From Octopus sinensis (lineage: Eukaryota), in contig NC_043010.1 of assembly GCF_006345805.1 (NCBI RefSeq), positions 6,696,001 through 6,760,000 of the forward strand: a DNA stretch of 64,000 nucleotides. Reading direction: 5' to 3'. Numbering within the stretch: the first letter of the stretch is position 1; each line of letters opens with the position of its first letter. Shown here piece by piece: positions 24,321 through 36,620 of this stretch. A program made the position numbers and the translations under genes. Below the pieces are notes generated by a model. The model saw nothing but the letters and a program-made list of their open reading frames with translations, did no database searches and was not told where the DNA came from.

Positions 24321-24620
24321 AACATTACGTTATATAATTAGGGTTCAGTAAAATAATTTACTTTACCACACACCGAACTTTTAGAAATAGCAGCCAAAAA
24401 ATTTTAGCTATTTCTTCTACTATAAGAAAAGTCTCCCAGACAATGTATACTCAAAAATATATTTTTGAGTATACAAAAATTAATTTTTGAGTATACATTG
24501 TCTGGGAGACTTTTCTTATAGTAGAAGAAATAGCTAAAATTTTTTGGCTGCTATTTCTAAAAGTTCGGTGTGTGGTAAAGTAAATTATTTTACTGAACCC
24601 TAATTAAATAATGTAATGTT
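24321..24620. repeat. Near-perfect palindrome, 138-bp arms (24321-24458, 24483-24620), embedded in (TA)n
   Basis: Arms are reverse complements with 2 mismatches; the centre holds an extra partial arm copy. Confidence 0.95.
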
Positions 24621-27286
24621 ATATAAATATACCGTAAATGGTCTTTTTACATACTGAACACTACTTGGTAAAATTATTAATTAATAATTAATTAATTTTA
24701 CCCTTTTATTATTGACAATATATACATATATATATATATATAGAATGGGTTCTATATAATTTCCATCACCAAATTAACTCACAATCCATTGATTAGTCCA
24801 GGGTTGTAGTAGAAGACACTTGCCCAATGTGCTATATAGTGGGACTGAAACCAAAATCCCGCGGTTGCAAGTCAAGCTTCGTAGCTTCGTTGCCTGCATT
24901 TTTATAATTGTGAGATGATTTTATGAAAATATTTGGTAGTCTTGGCATACGAAATGGCAAATACATTTCCCTAAAGAACAATGAAAAAGATGCACACTGG
25001 GTCACCTTTGCACCTTTCAAGGCTCATTCCTGCCAATGTCAACCTCTTTTTTAATCAGATTGAATAAAGAGGGCCCAAGGACATTAGGGTTTTGAAAAGA
25101 AACCCATTGGTGAACAACCAAAAAGCCAAAACTTAACTCACTTCCCCAACTAGTCAGGTGATGAAACCTGAGTTTGATACCTGTTTCACCAGGTTGGTGC
25201 CAGGTAAAGTATTGCCCCAGGTGCCATCTTAAATTATAGAATTGCCTCTTTGGAATGAGAAGATTGGTCTATTTCTCTCTCTCTCTCCCTTCCTCACTCC
25301 TCCTCCCTCTCCCTTCCTCACCCCTCCACATCCCTCCCCATCTCTCTCTCTCTCTCTCTGCTGTCTAATGCTGCCAGCTCAAATTGCAATGAAGGCCCTA
25401 GTAAACTAAACCATACTTAACGATATCATTGAGGGTGAAGTCCAAAATTATCAGAGAAAAAGAAATCACATGAAGCTACAATGGTCTAAACCTAAATGTT
25501 CTTTTTTAGAGTGAACAATAGTCTGCGAGAATTGTTGGTTCTTGAGCCACCTTCACTTAATACCTCAATTCATTCTCCTCTCCTTTTCTCCTCATCCACA
25601 TTATGTCTTCTCCCTCTAGGATCAGCAACAAATGCTACACACAGTTCATCTCCCCTAGTAAATCATCCCTAAGGAATTCTTTCCTTGCTTATGATTTTTC
25701 TTACAGCCATCAACTTTAAAGAGAGGCGCATCAAACCATGTTGATCTTACTTGTCGCAAAAGGGTCTTTGATGGCCTTGAGAATAGCTCCTTCCTCTAGC
25801 TCAAACCATTAAAATAAATAAATAATCAAATAAAATTGTTCCCTTGCATCATTTAAGTGCAAGGTACAAAACAGTCTACCGCACTATTCACCGCACCGAG
25901 GCTGTTTATCGGTTTCTTTCATCTCATCTCTCTCTCTCAACTTACATTTTTTTAAACACAATTAAGTGTTAAGACTCATTGAAGCTACACACACAAACGC
26001 ATATAATCATGAACATAGGCGCATGTACATATACACACACACACGCACACGCATACTCAACACATATACACAGTATGAATCACTCACAATCATGCACATA
26101 TACATACAAGCAGCAACTCATACTTGCTAACACACAAATATATACATATACATATAATCTCAACTCGTAAAAATTTACAAACACACAAACACATACACAC
26201 ACACACATACACACACACACATACACACATACACATACACACACACATACATACATACACACACACAAGTATGCACACGCAAACTTCAAGCACACAAATA
26301 TAATTAGTTACTAATAAAATCATGGCCACTACATCAACAAACTCAATGGTTTACCACTGAATAAACAAACTCCCTCGAGCTGTGAAGAAACATCATTTAT
26401 AAAATGTTGCTCCCTCCCTTCTCCTTTTCACTCTCTCTTTCACTTCCTCTCACTCTCTCTTTCTCTCTCAGAGATGCATACACACACATGCACATATTTT
26501 AATTAGGAAGAAAAAAATTGCAAGAAAATTTATTTTGGAGCTTCCATTAGTTGATGATAAAATGACCAAAGTATGAAATCCAATCTTTTGTTTGTTTAAT
26601 AGTAATGTTGGCATTTTGGCAGGGTAATAAGATTTTCGAACTTAACCATGTTTATTCATTTATTTATTTATTTATTTTAATACCAATTATCTATATTAAA
26701 AGCGATCACTTAATATTCAAACTAATGAATGATCAAAAGAATTTTTATTATGATGCCTTGAATACAAATTTCAAAAATTTCATAATAATTATTAACAATT
26801 TTAGAAATGAAATAAAGTTTATTAAATAAATTTTTCAAACTGAAAAGACAACATTGCATTGAATGTTTGTGCCATGTTGCTAATGTGGTAAACTCCAATG
26901 AAACTGAAAAATCTGTGACCTGGTTTCAATTCTTTGTAGACTCAACTTCAGTTACATCCTTAATGCCCTTGAGAAAAGCATGAATATTGCACAGTCACAT
27001 TTCATTAAATGTTGTGCATAAGTAAGAAATCAATATTTGATAATTATAATTAAAGAATTTTTTTTTCTGAATACTAATGAATACAATTTTTGAAATTTTA
27101 TTATAGCTATTAACAATTTTTCTTAATAATGTATTTTCTGACAAATATCACGTAAATAAATTTATTGAGCTGAAAATAGAATTTGGAGTAAAATTAGCCT
27201 TAAGTAAAAATATATATGAAAAAGTAAAAAAAATAAAAATAGATAATAATTAATAAGTAGTTTTTAAAACTGTAATGAAATCTTAC

Positions 27287-29665
27287 CTGATATAATTCAT
27301 CTGAGACATCGTGGAGTTGTAGTCCAACTGACGGAGACTTCCATTTATCAATATATCCAGAATGGTGTTGGCGTTTATGTAAAGTTGCTTGAGAAATGGT
27401 CTTTTTCCCATACTTTGTTTCCATAGTTACTGGCATATCATACGGAGGGTGTATTTCTCTACTGACATAGTCAACATATTTGTCATTATAAAATCCATCA
27501 TTATGATGTATATTTCTACTGTTATTTTTCCTTACGATGCATATTGTCAGTGAAACTACCAGAGTAATAGAAAATATAACAGCTGCCACTAACAGGACTA
27601 TCATCAAATTGATGTGAATTTTCTTAGCTGACATGGAATGGACCGGGGTTAAAACAGTGGTTGTTTTGTTGCTTGTTGTCAGTGTCAAAGATAAATTAGT
27701 CACAGTCGAGAGAATTGGTGATCCGCTGTCTTTAGCCATAAATTGCAGGCTATAAAAGCCAGCATCACTTTGATAAATGGGACGAGTGAAAGACAATACA
27801 CCAGAATATGGATTGATTTTAAATAAATTTCTTTCATTCCCACCAATAATTTCATAACTAAGGAAAGCATTCATATGAATATCCCTGTCAGAAGCTTCAA
27901 GAACTATTATATCTTGCTTATTTTGTGAATGGTAGTGGACATCAAGACTAAAAGGATTTACGTTAGGGAATGTGAAATACGGGGGATTGTCATTTTTATC
28001 AACAACTTCCACAATAACATCCGCTGTGTTGTTAAGAGATGGTATTCCATTGTCTTTTACAAAAACCTTAAACTTATATTCACTGCACTTTTCTCTGTCC
28101 AGGGATTCAGTTGCTGAAATGAATCCAAGGTTTGAGATTTCAAATGGAAGAGCTTCTTTGCTCTTATTCAAAATTGAATAAGTCAGCTGACCTCCAGGTC
28201 CAAGGTCAGGATCAGTAACGATAATAAAGCCAACAGGAAAATTAGGGTTTTCATTCTCGTAGATTAGAAATTTAAATAAATCCTTAGAAAACTGCGGATG
28301 AACATCATTGAAATCAGTAACTAGAACTGAGAATCTTTTTATGGTCTTTAGGGGAGGGGTACCTTTATCTTGACAGATCAATGTTAAGTTGAGTTTGCTT
28401 TCTCTTTCTCGGTCAACAGGATTTTGAATGACCATTTTGTACTTCATATTTCCTAGACTGTGTAACTGGAATAGGTGATTATCAATAGTACAAGATACAT
28501 TTCCATCTTCACCCTTATTTTCATCTGTGACTTTTATGTATGCAATAAAGCTACCAACTGATATATCTTCAGGAATAGTAATTTCACCTTCTATTGGCTC
28601 AGAAAAAAAATTCACATCAATAGTTGGTGCACTGTTCTTCTGATTGATGACATTTATTATAACAGCTGCAGTGGAGCTCTTTGGAGGAGTACCACCATCT
28701 TCTGCTCTTACATACAAATTATAAACTTGCTTTCTTTTTAACGAAGCATCTTGATTCAGAGAAATTTCTCCCGTTCTTTTGTTCAAATTAAAATTAGATT
28801 TTGTTGATTCTGAAGTTTTAGAAGCGAAATAATAGCTTATTCTACCATTTTCACCAACATCTCGATCATTTGCAGTAAGCGTAATGATTAGCATGCTTTG
28901 GTCATGGGAACTCATGATTGACACATTGTATACATTTTGTTCAAACACAGGCTGATTGTCATTTTCATCTTCAACAGTAATTTGAACATTTAAGGTGTTT
29001 TGTCTTGGTGGAGTTCCAGCATCTTGAGCTATAATTTGAAGATTATATGTAGCTTTGATTTCTCTGTCCAGCATTTGGGTTGAGGTTATTTCCAACTCAG
29101 CAGAACCATCTACTTTCTGGGATACTGCCAATATAAATGGATCGTCTTTGGACCGTAAAAGCTGGTATGAAATCTTTGAATTTTCGAAACCAACATCACG
29201 ATCAAAGGCATTTGGAATAGATTTTGATGTTCCTTTTCCATCTGTTTCTGAAAATTGGAGTTTGATGGAGTCTTGCATGAATTCTGGAGAATTGTCGTTG
29301 ACATCACTGATTATTATTTTTATTTCAATAATACTTATGAAAGATTTTTTATTCCGAACAGCTACATCGACCATACTATGACATTCTGTATTATATTTGC
29401 AAAGAGATTCAGCATCCAAGATCACTGCAGTATACAGTTTTCCCGTTTTTGTTACATTGAACAAATTTAAATTTCCACTCTTTTGCAGTTGACTAAATGT
29501 TATATGGTTGTACTTATGTAATATAACATTTTCTAACACGTGAATGTCATCAGCAACATCTCCCACAATGGTGTTGGGTCCTTGACCCTCTTTTATGTGG
29601 TAGGTGATATCTGCACTGAATGACGTCTCGAGAAGAAACATTACGATGGACACTTGTACCAGCAT
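27287..29665 (-). CDS. Pcdh: Protocadherin (PcdhB) large coding exon: signal peptide, 6 cadherin repeats, TM helix, proximal cytoplasmic tail (793 codons, phase-0 donor)
   Basis: ORF 27200..29665 has cadherin motifs (DVNDNSPEF, DRD, LDRE, AQDAGTPP, DENDNQPVF, DKNDNPPYF), an EC1 Cys pair (ESLCKYNTEC) and TM LMIVLLVAAVIFSITLVVSLTICIV. Consensus donor CAG|gtaaga follows codon 793 at 27287; the last 28 ORF codons are intron-like AT-rich sequence. Symbol is family-level only. Confidence 0.95.
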
Positions 29666-29755
29666 GTCATCAGAAGATATCCTTATTTGTGTTCTTTACA
29701 AAGAATTTGTAAAACATTTGGCTACATGTATATCTGTCACAATTACATGCTTAAT
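29666..29755 (-). promoter_or_regulatory. Probable 90-nt 5' UTR part of the PcdhB large exon behind a splice acceptor at 29756
   Basis: Minus strand reads ttttttttataatttcag|ATTAAGC; a strong pyrimidine tract plus AG 90 nt before the ATG implies an upstream non-coding exon. Confidence 0.6.
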
Positions 29756-30329
29756 CTGAAATTATATAAAAAAAAATGGCAGAAGATTAATATTAGTAAA
29801 TTATATTTGTATATGATGAGTCGTATCTTAGTTATAGTTCTAGCTGAAATAAGCATCCCAGAATACATTTATTTCTCCATAAGTTCTTTATTATATCCAG
29901 TGTTTGAGATTTTGTCCCTAAATGGTAATACCACCACCACCACCACTAACCACCACCACCACCACCACCACCACCACCACCACCACCATTACCACTATAA
30001 ACTATGTGAACAATGTATTCAATCTTTACTCTCCCTTATCACACACTAATTCCGACAAACTTGTTATTTTCCTTCATCTTATTTTATATGTATGTGCATG
30101 CAAATAATGTATGCCTATGCATGTGAAATTAATGTGTCCATGCATATAGTTATAAACATTTTGAGTGTTAAACTACGTAAGAAACTTCCTTTTCCCATCC
30201 TTATTATGCCTTAAATTTTCATGAAAGAAAAGAAAATTAGAGAATAAGGTATGTTTTTGCATACATTGGGCCTCAATAAATTGTGTTAAATATTCTTTGT
30301 TTCAATACTGAAACTTGCAAGCAGCAAAA

Positions 30330-30556
30330 TTTATCGGGCAAAAACTATCACTAGATTAACATTTTGTTGAAATATTTCTTTTAGAATACACTGCCTTTGT
30401 TTTAATTAATTATGAAAATAATGAAAGATTTAGTAAAATAACCTTGCTATTATTATTAACCTAATGTGTAGAACAAAAATTAACATGAGATTTTAATGGA
30501 AGATTTTAATTTAGATGACTTTAAAAAGAAGTTAGCAGTAATAGCAAAAGGGTTAA
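30330..30556 (-). mobile_element. Diverged TTAA MITE related to the 13.4-kb pair
   Basis: End gcaaaagggTTAA; shared internal motifs aattaaaatcttcca and ttattttactaaat on the minus strand. Confidence 0.55.
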
Positions 30557-32410
30557 ATAGCAATTTCTTTTTATTTTGTTGATTCATTGTTTCATTTATA
30601 AAAATCCCGAGGGGTTTTTAATTCCCAGCCTCTAATGTTAGCCTCTGTCATGGTTCTTCAGTCACAAAATGAGTTATTCACTGTTTTGCCTGTTTAAATA
30701 TATTTATGTACGTTTACATGGTAACTTGTAGTCAAAAATAAATGAATTGAAGTCAATTGGATCCAAATAATAACGAAGGAGAACAAGAGAATTTTAGAAT
30801 AAATCTATAATTAGGTTTGAGGAAACAATTGCATTTTAGAATTGAATAAACATGGAGAAGGTAAAATACTAATATATAAGTATCATGTTATTATATGTAT
30901 GTATATACTGGATTCCATGCAGCTTGTATGTCGGGAAATGAAATATGAAGTCAGGAGCTAATTTTCATGTAAAATGTGTAACTGAGCAAACATTCTAAAT
31001 GTTAACAAAAATAAGAATTATCGGTTATTTTCTTTTTTCAAAGAAAGCAGAGAAAAAGAAAAGGTATATGAGAAGTATGTCAAGAAATATCACAAAATTG
31101 CTATAACTAATTAGGATTGATTCTGTTTTCTGTATAGCTGAAATTTACACTTTACTTGTCAGATCTCAAGAGCAACTTCAAAATAAAAGCTATAATTCTG
31201 AGTGGCAGGTTTCAATTAATCCAAGAATGTTAAGTGTGACATTTCAACCAAGTTAATGAAAGATTAGTCAACATTTTCTCAAACTGAAATTTTATTTTTA
31301 ACGCCATTGCTATTTAATTTTTTTTTTTTTTATGCTACAAATTAAAATTCAAAACTTTCCATGAAAACAATTTTTTTTCCACTTTCTCTTTTCTGAATTC
31401 ACAATTTTCTTCTAATCATTGTGTAAATCAGATTCTATTTTCTTCCCAAGTCAATTTCCAATATATCCTATCTGATTATCATTCCAATAATGAGAAAGCC
31501 CAACAGCAGGTGTTCAAGAGTGTCATAGGCATTGCAGAGTCACGTGGTATAATCTGAATCATGGCGTTATTAATTAGAATGGTTTTCACAAGAAGTCGCC
31601 TTAATTATGTACAACACTGATGTTGTAGTAGTGTAGCAGTATCATTTATGTGACTGGACTAGAATGCATCTAGTTACGGTAGAATTCCTTCTAAACATCA
31701 ATCAGCTTAATTGATTGAGATGGAGTTCTACTCTAAACTACTTTCTTCTCTTCCTTCTTCTCTGATTCCAAGCTGCACGAAGCATATATCCACTTAAATA
31801 TTGCAAACAAATTCAAATATACACTCAAGGGTATGAAAATATATCACACTTTGTCCCCAGCCTCAGGTTAAGTAGAAGATTGGGTTCATTTACTTTGCAT
31901 TAAGCTGCAGACTGTCGGTTACACATTTGCAACATACTACACTGACTTAATCTCATTAACAGAATAGAGAACAACTTGTTATTTCACTTCAGGGATATTT
32001 CAAATTGAAATCAATAGCTTTTATTTAACTTTGTTTACTGTATATTTCAAACATTTATGAAAGGACACATTTCTAAATGATTATTTTATTAAATAATTAG
32101 GTGATACATATGCAACGCACATATACATGTCTAACTAATATATATATGTACATATATGCATATATGTGCATATACATATATATATATATGCATATATATA
32201 TATGTATACATATGTATATAGATATATGTATATCTATCTATATATATATGTATGCCTACATGTATATATGTATATGTGTGTGTGTATATATATATGTATG
32301 TATGTATTTATATATATGTATATATATACACATATACATGTATATATGTATATATATATATAGATAGATATAGATATATATACATATACATTTATATATA
32401 TATATACATG

Positions 32411-32454
<44 letters not shown>

Positions 32455-32485
32455 TATAGTATATATATATATATATATAAATAAA

Positions 32486-32516
<31 letters not shown>

Positions 32517-33469
32517 GTATATATGTATGTATGTATATATATATATGTATATATGTATGCATATATATATATATATATATATACACGCATATTTATATGT
32601 GTACATGTGTGAGTGTGTGTGTGCGTATGTGTGTGTTTATAAATACATGCATACATACACAGAGAGAAAGAGAGAGTGAGAAAGTGAGAGCTGACCGAGA
32701 AAGTTAAAAGACTCTTAAAAATCTATTTACACTTAGACATCTTTAAAATCAAGTGCTTATCTCGTCGGATTAGAGAAACAGCTGAAGCTTGAACAATGGT
32801 GGATGATAGCGAAAACGAGTATTTGGGCCATTAAATGCTTTTAGTGATAAAAAAACAACAACAAAAAAACCCCATAAATCCACTGTAGGAATTGCTTGCT
32901 GTTGTTATCAGATAATTTGTTGACTGTGATGTCTGTTTGATTTCACTGGAGATTTTGCTTTTTTTATTCCCTTGGTGTGTGTTGTCTGCCTTCAGCTTAC
33001 AACTGTCCATGGGAGAGCTTATCAGGGCCATCATTATCATCATCATCATCACAATCATCATCATAATCATCATCATTAATGTCCAATTCTCATGCTGGCA
33101 TGGGTTAGATGATTTGAATGGACTTGGTAAGCTGCCTTAAGCTTACAACTGTCCATGGGAGAGCTTATCAGGGCCATCATTATCATCATCATCATCGTAA
33201 TTCTCCTCCTCCTCATCATCACCATCATTAACGTCCAATTCTCATGCTGGCATGGGTTAGATGGTTTGAATGGACCTGGTAAGCTGGAGGGCTGCACGAA
33301 GTCCCAGTCTGATTTGGCATGGTTTCCACAACAGGGTGCCCTTCTTAATACCTACCACTTCAAGAGTGTAACGGCTGCTTTATTATGCATCTCTGGCACA
33401 GGTACCATTTACATAACACTGGCAATGGCCATGACTTAAATCTGAAAGGAATGCTAGTTTGATGTAAGG

Positions 33470-33632
33470 GTAACTCCGGATAGCACTGGTACCCACTTTC
33501 AGCTGAGTTTGCTGGAACAAAGTGAACTGAAATGTTTTGTTTAAGGATACAATGTTCCTCCTGGTTTGAGAATTGAATCCGGGGTCTAATGATTGTGAAA
33601 ACTAGCACCTTAACCACTAGGCCATACACCCT
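33470..33632 (-). mobile_element. Old tRNA/CORE-type SINE remnant; related pieces at 7440-7595, 37790-37880, 52807-53020 (+)
   Basis: Head ggcctagtggttaaggtg, B-box-like gattcaattctc, CORE-like ttaaacaaaacatttca. Confidence 0.55.
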
Positions 33633-36220
33633 TTCAGGTGTGTATGTTAGAGCAGAAAAAATAGTAGAGTGAATGAAAACTTTTCTTGTAGTATTTAGTT
33701 ATGTTCTTTGCTTGGATGCAGAAAGTTACCAATGAACAACTCTGTGGGAATTTCTCTCAGTTGACAAATGAGATAGAAGGAAAGGAGCTGTAGGTTGTCA
33801 GGTTGTACACTGTGTGAGACATCCAGTACAGCCAGCTCCTAGCTGACAAGCTGTCGTTATCTGTGGCCCCAACCCAATGCATTGTAGGGTGACCCAAGGA
33901 TGTTCTTTCAAAGCTATGGTTAAAACCCCATCATGGAAGATACTAGTACTATGACTGTTGATCAATTTAGGGCACCAGTAACAATGGAATGAGATGTGTA
34001 GCAATATCATGCATGGCAGAAATTACAAGTTGATGAGAGTGAAGATGGTGGTGTTAGTGGTGGTGGTGGTGGTAGTGGTCTTTTTTTTCCTGTTGAGTTC
34101 GAATCTGGCAGTAAGCAACTTTGAATTTCATTCTTTCAAGATCCTTACATATGCATTGTTGGATCTTTTACATAAATTCTTCCTAAATATTTGTCTTTGT
34201 ACCAGTCTTTGAAGAAATCCTTATTTATTACATAAATTAGGAATGGTCATGCCAACTTTTCATATTGGACAATGCTGCACATTCTAAAGACAAGCCTAGT
34301 TAATTAAATATGACCCCAATACTTGACTGGTATTACTAGAACGAGGAAATGCAAAAATAAACTCTTGAAGGGTGTAGGACCAAGTTGGCCACATTGGGAT
34401 TTGAACTCAATTATTGTAAAGCATTTGTCTGACTCTCTAAAGATTCAGCTAATCCACTGACTTAAGTTTATAATTTAAGCACAAGGCCTGCAGTTTTTGA
34501 AGGGAGGTAACTGTGATTAACTAATACCATTGACACCAGTACTTGGATAATATTTTATTTAGCAAGCCCATGGCTGAGTTTGAACTCATAATTCCAAGAG
34601 TTGGAACATATATCACGAGGTATTTTGTTAGACAATTTAATGCTGTGAATAATAATTTTTAATATAAGCTCACAGTTTCAGTATTTACTGGTATATATTT
34701 TAATGACTGCAGAAGGATAAAAAGCAAAGCTAGTCTTAGTCTTCTGTTATAATTTCATTCACATCTACAATAATTTTAAGGAAGGGTATCAGTAAATGGG
34801 CATCAGTACTTGTGGGCTGGTATTTCATTTTATCAATCCCAAAAGGAATGAAATGTGTAGCTGTCATTGGTAGGACTTGAACTCAGAATCTAAACAGACA
34901 AAACAAATACTGCCAAGTATTTTGTCCAATGGTCAAATGAATCTACGAATCCATCACCCTGTTAATAGTTGTGATAATGGTAATAATAATGATTTTTAAC
35001 ATTGGCATAAGATCAAAAGTGTTGAGGACAGACTGTCAATTACAACAACAAAAACAATTACAACAACAATAAACACAAAATTAGATAAATAAAACATTAA
35101 AATATACACCATAAAACGTTCTTTTTGTTTTTTTAATATTTGCTTTTCTTTCCAAGAAAACTTTATAGTTGATTTCCATCCCTGGGTTTGTCATGACTAA
35201 GCAAAGCTGCGATCTAACTTACTCTGATGGTGATTATCTCATCATTTCAAGAGTATTCAGGATTAAATTATCTAATGTGTCCCCCCTGCTTTTTAAGATA
35301 GTAAGGTATGATGAGACACTTTACCTGCTATTTCTAGCAGACCAACAGATCATAGTGTGGCTTCCTCGTTGGATGAATTACTGCAGAGAGAGAGAGAGAG
35401 AGGCTGTATTGTTATGTCTACAATACTTGATCACAATGTCTTTAATAATTAACAATGGTATAACAATCTGTCTACAGTGTGGTGTATTATTCATCATAAA
35501 CCATAAAAGATTATATAAATATAGCCATAACTACAATAACCCGGTATTGTGTACAACAAAGTAGGTATTGGGATATTCTGCCAAGAAATAAAAATGGAGA
35601 CAGGGACAAAAATAAAATTACAATAAATTGGATAAAAAAAAAATACATAAAAAATTATCAATCTATTTTTCTGGTTTTTATTCACTGTCATCATGACCGT
35701 GATCATCATTATCATCACCATCATCACCATCACCAGCACCACCACCAAAAATACCACCACCACCAAAAATACCACCACCACTATTATTACTACCACCAGA
35801 AGCAGCATCACCACCACCACCACCACCACCACCACCACCACCACCACCACCACCACCACCACCACCACCACCATCATCATCGTTCAACTTTTGTTTTTCC
35901 ATACTGATGGATTGGACAGTTTGATAGGATCTGGTAAGCTGCAGAGCTGCATTGAGTCCCAAAGTCAGGTTTAGCATGATTTTTTTATGAATGGATACCC
36001 TTCCTTATGCCAACCACTTTACAGTGTGTTCTTGTTGCTTTTCTCATTCCACTGGTACCAATGAGAGTGCCAGGTAAGCAAGACAGGTGAAAGAAACAGG
36101 ATAAGGAAAAATAAAAGAAATGCTTCGATGACTGAATGTGTGCATGGGGAACATGGCTTTGTACAAGGATTTGAGAAGCTAAAGTATGATAAAAGGACAA
36201 GTTGTTAAAATTAGTGAATA

Positions 36221-36620
36221 GAGGCACGGAGTGGCTGTGTGGTAAGCAGCTTGCTTACCAACCACGTGGTTCCGGATTCAGTCCCACTGCGTGGCACCTT
36301 GGGCAAGTGTCTTCTACAATAACCTCAGGCCGACCAAAACCTTGTGAGTGGATTTGGTAGATGGAAACTGAAAGAAGCCCGTCGTATATATGTATATGTA
36401 TATATATATATATGTGTGTGTGTTTGTGTGCCTGTGTTTGTCCCCAGCATCGCTTGACAACCGATGCTGGTATGTTTACGTCCCTGTAACTTAGCGGTTT
36501 GTCAAAAGAGACCGATTGAACAAGTACTAGGCTTACAAAGAATAAGTCCTGGGGTCGATTTGCTCGACTAAAGGCGGTGCTCCAGCATGACTGAAACAAG
36601 TAAAAGAGTAAAGAGTAAAG
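36221..36620 (+). mobile_element. Family-1 SINE
   Basis: Full head, internal microsatellite and 3' half. Confidence 0.9.

Noticed and set aside
27200-27286. Last 28 codons of the 821-aa Pcdh ORF as true coding sequence
   Set aside because: They follow a consensus donor and are F/Y/I-rich AT intron sequence; kept only as a possible read-through isoform.
31545-31560. AP-1/E-box composite gagtcacgtg as the PcdhB promoter
   Set aside because: A single short motif with no TSS evidence; expected by chance.
32101-32707. [12 protein letters not shown] ORFs here and at 1586-1812, 20704-21131, 44597-45150, 59753-60992 etc.
   Set aside because: Stop-free frames through dinucleotide microsatellites.
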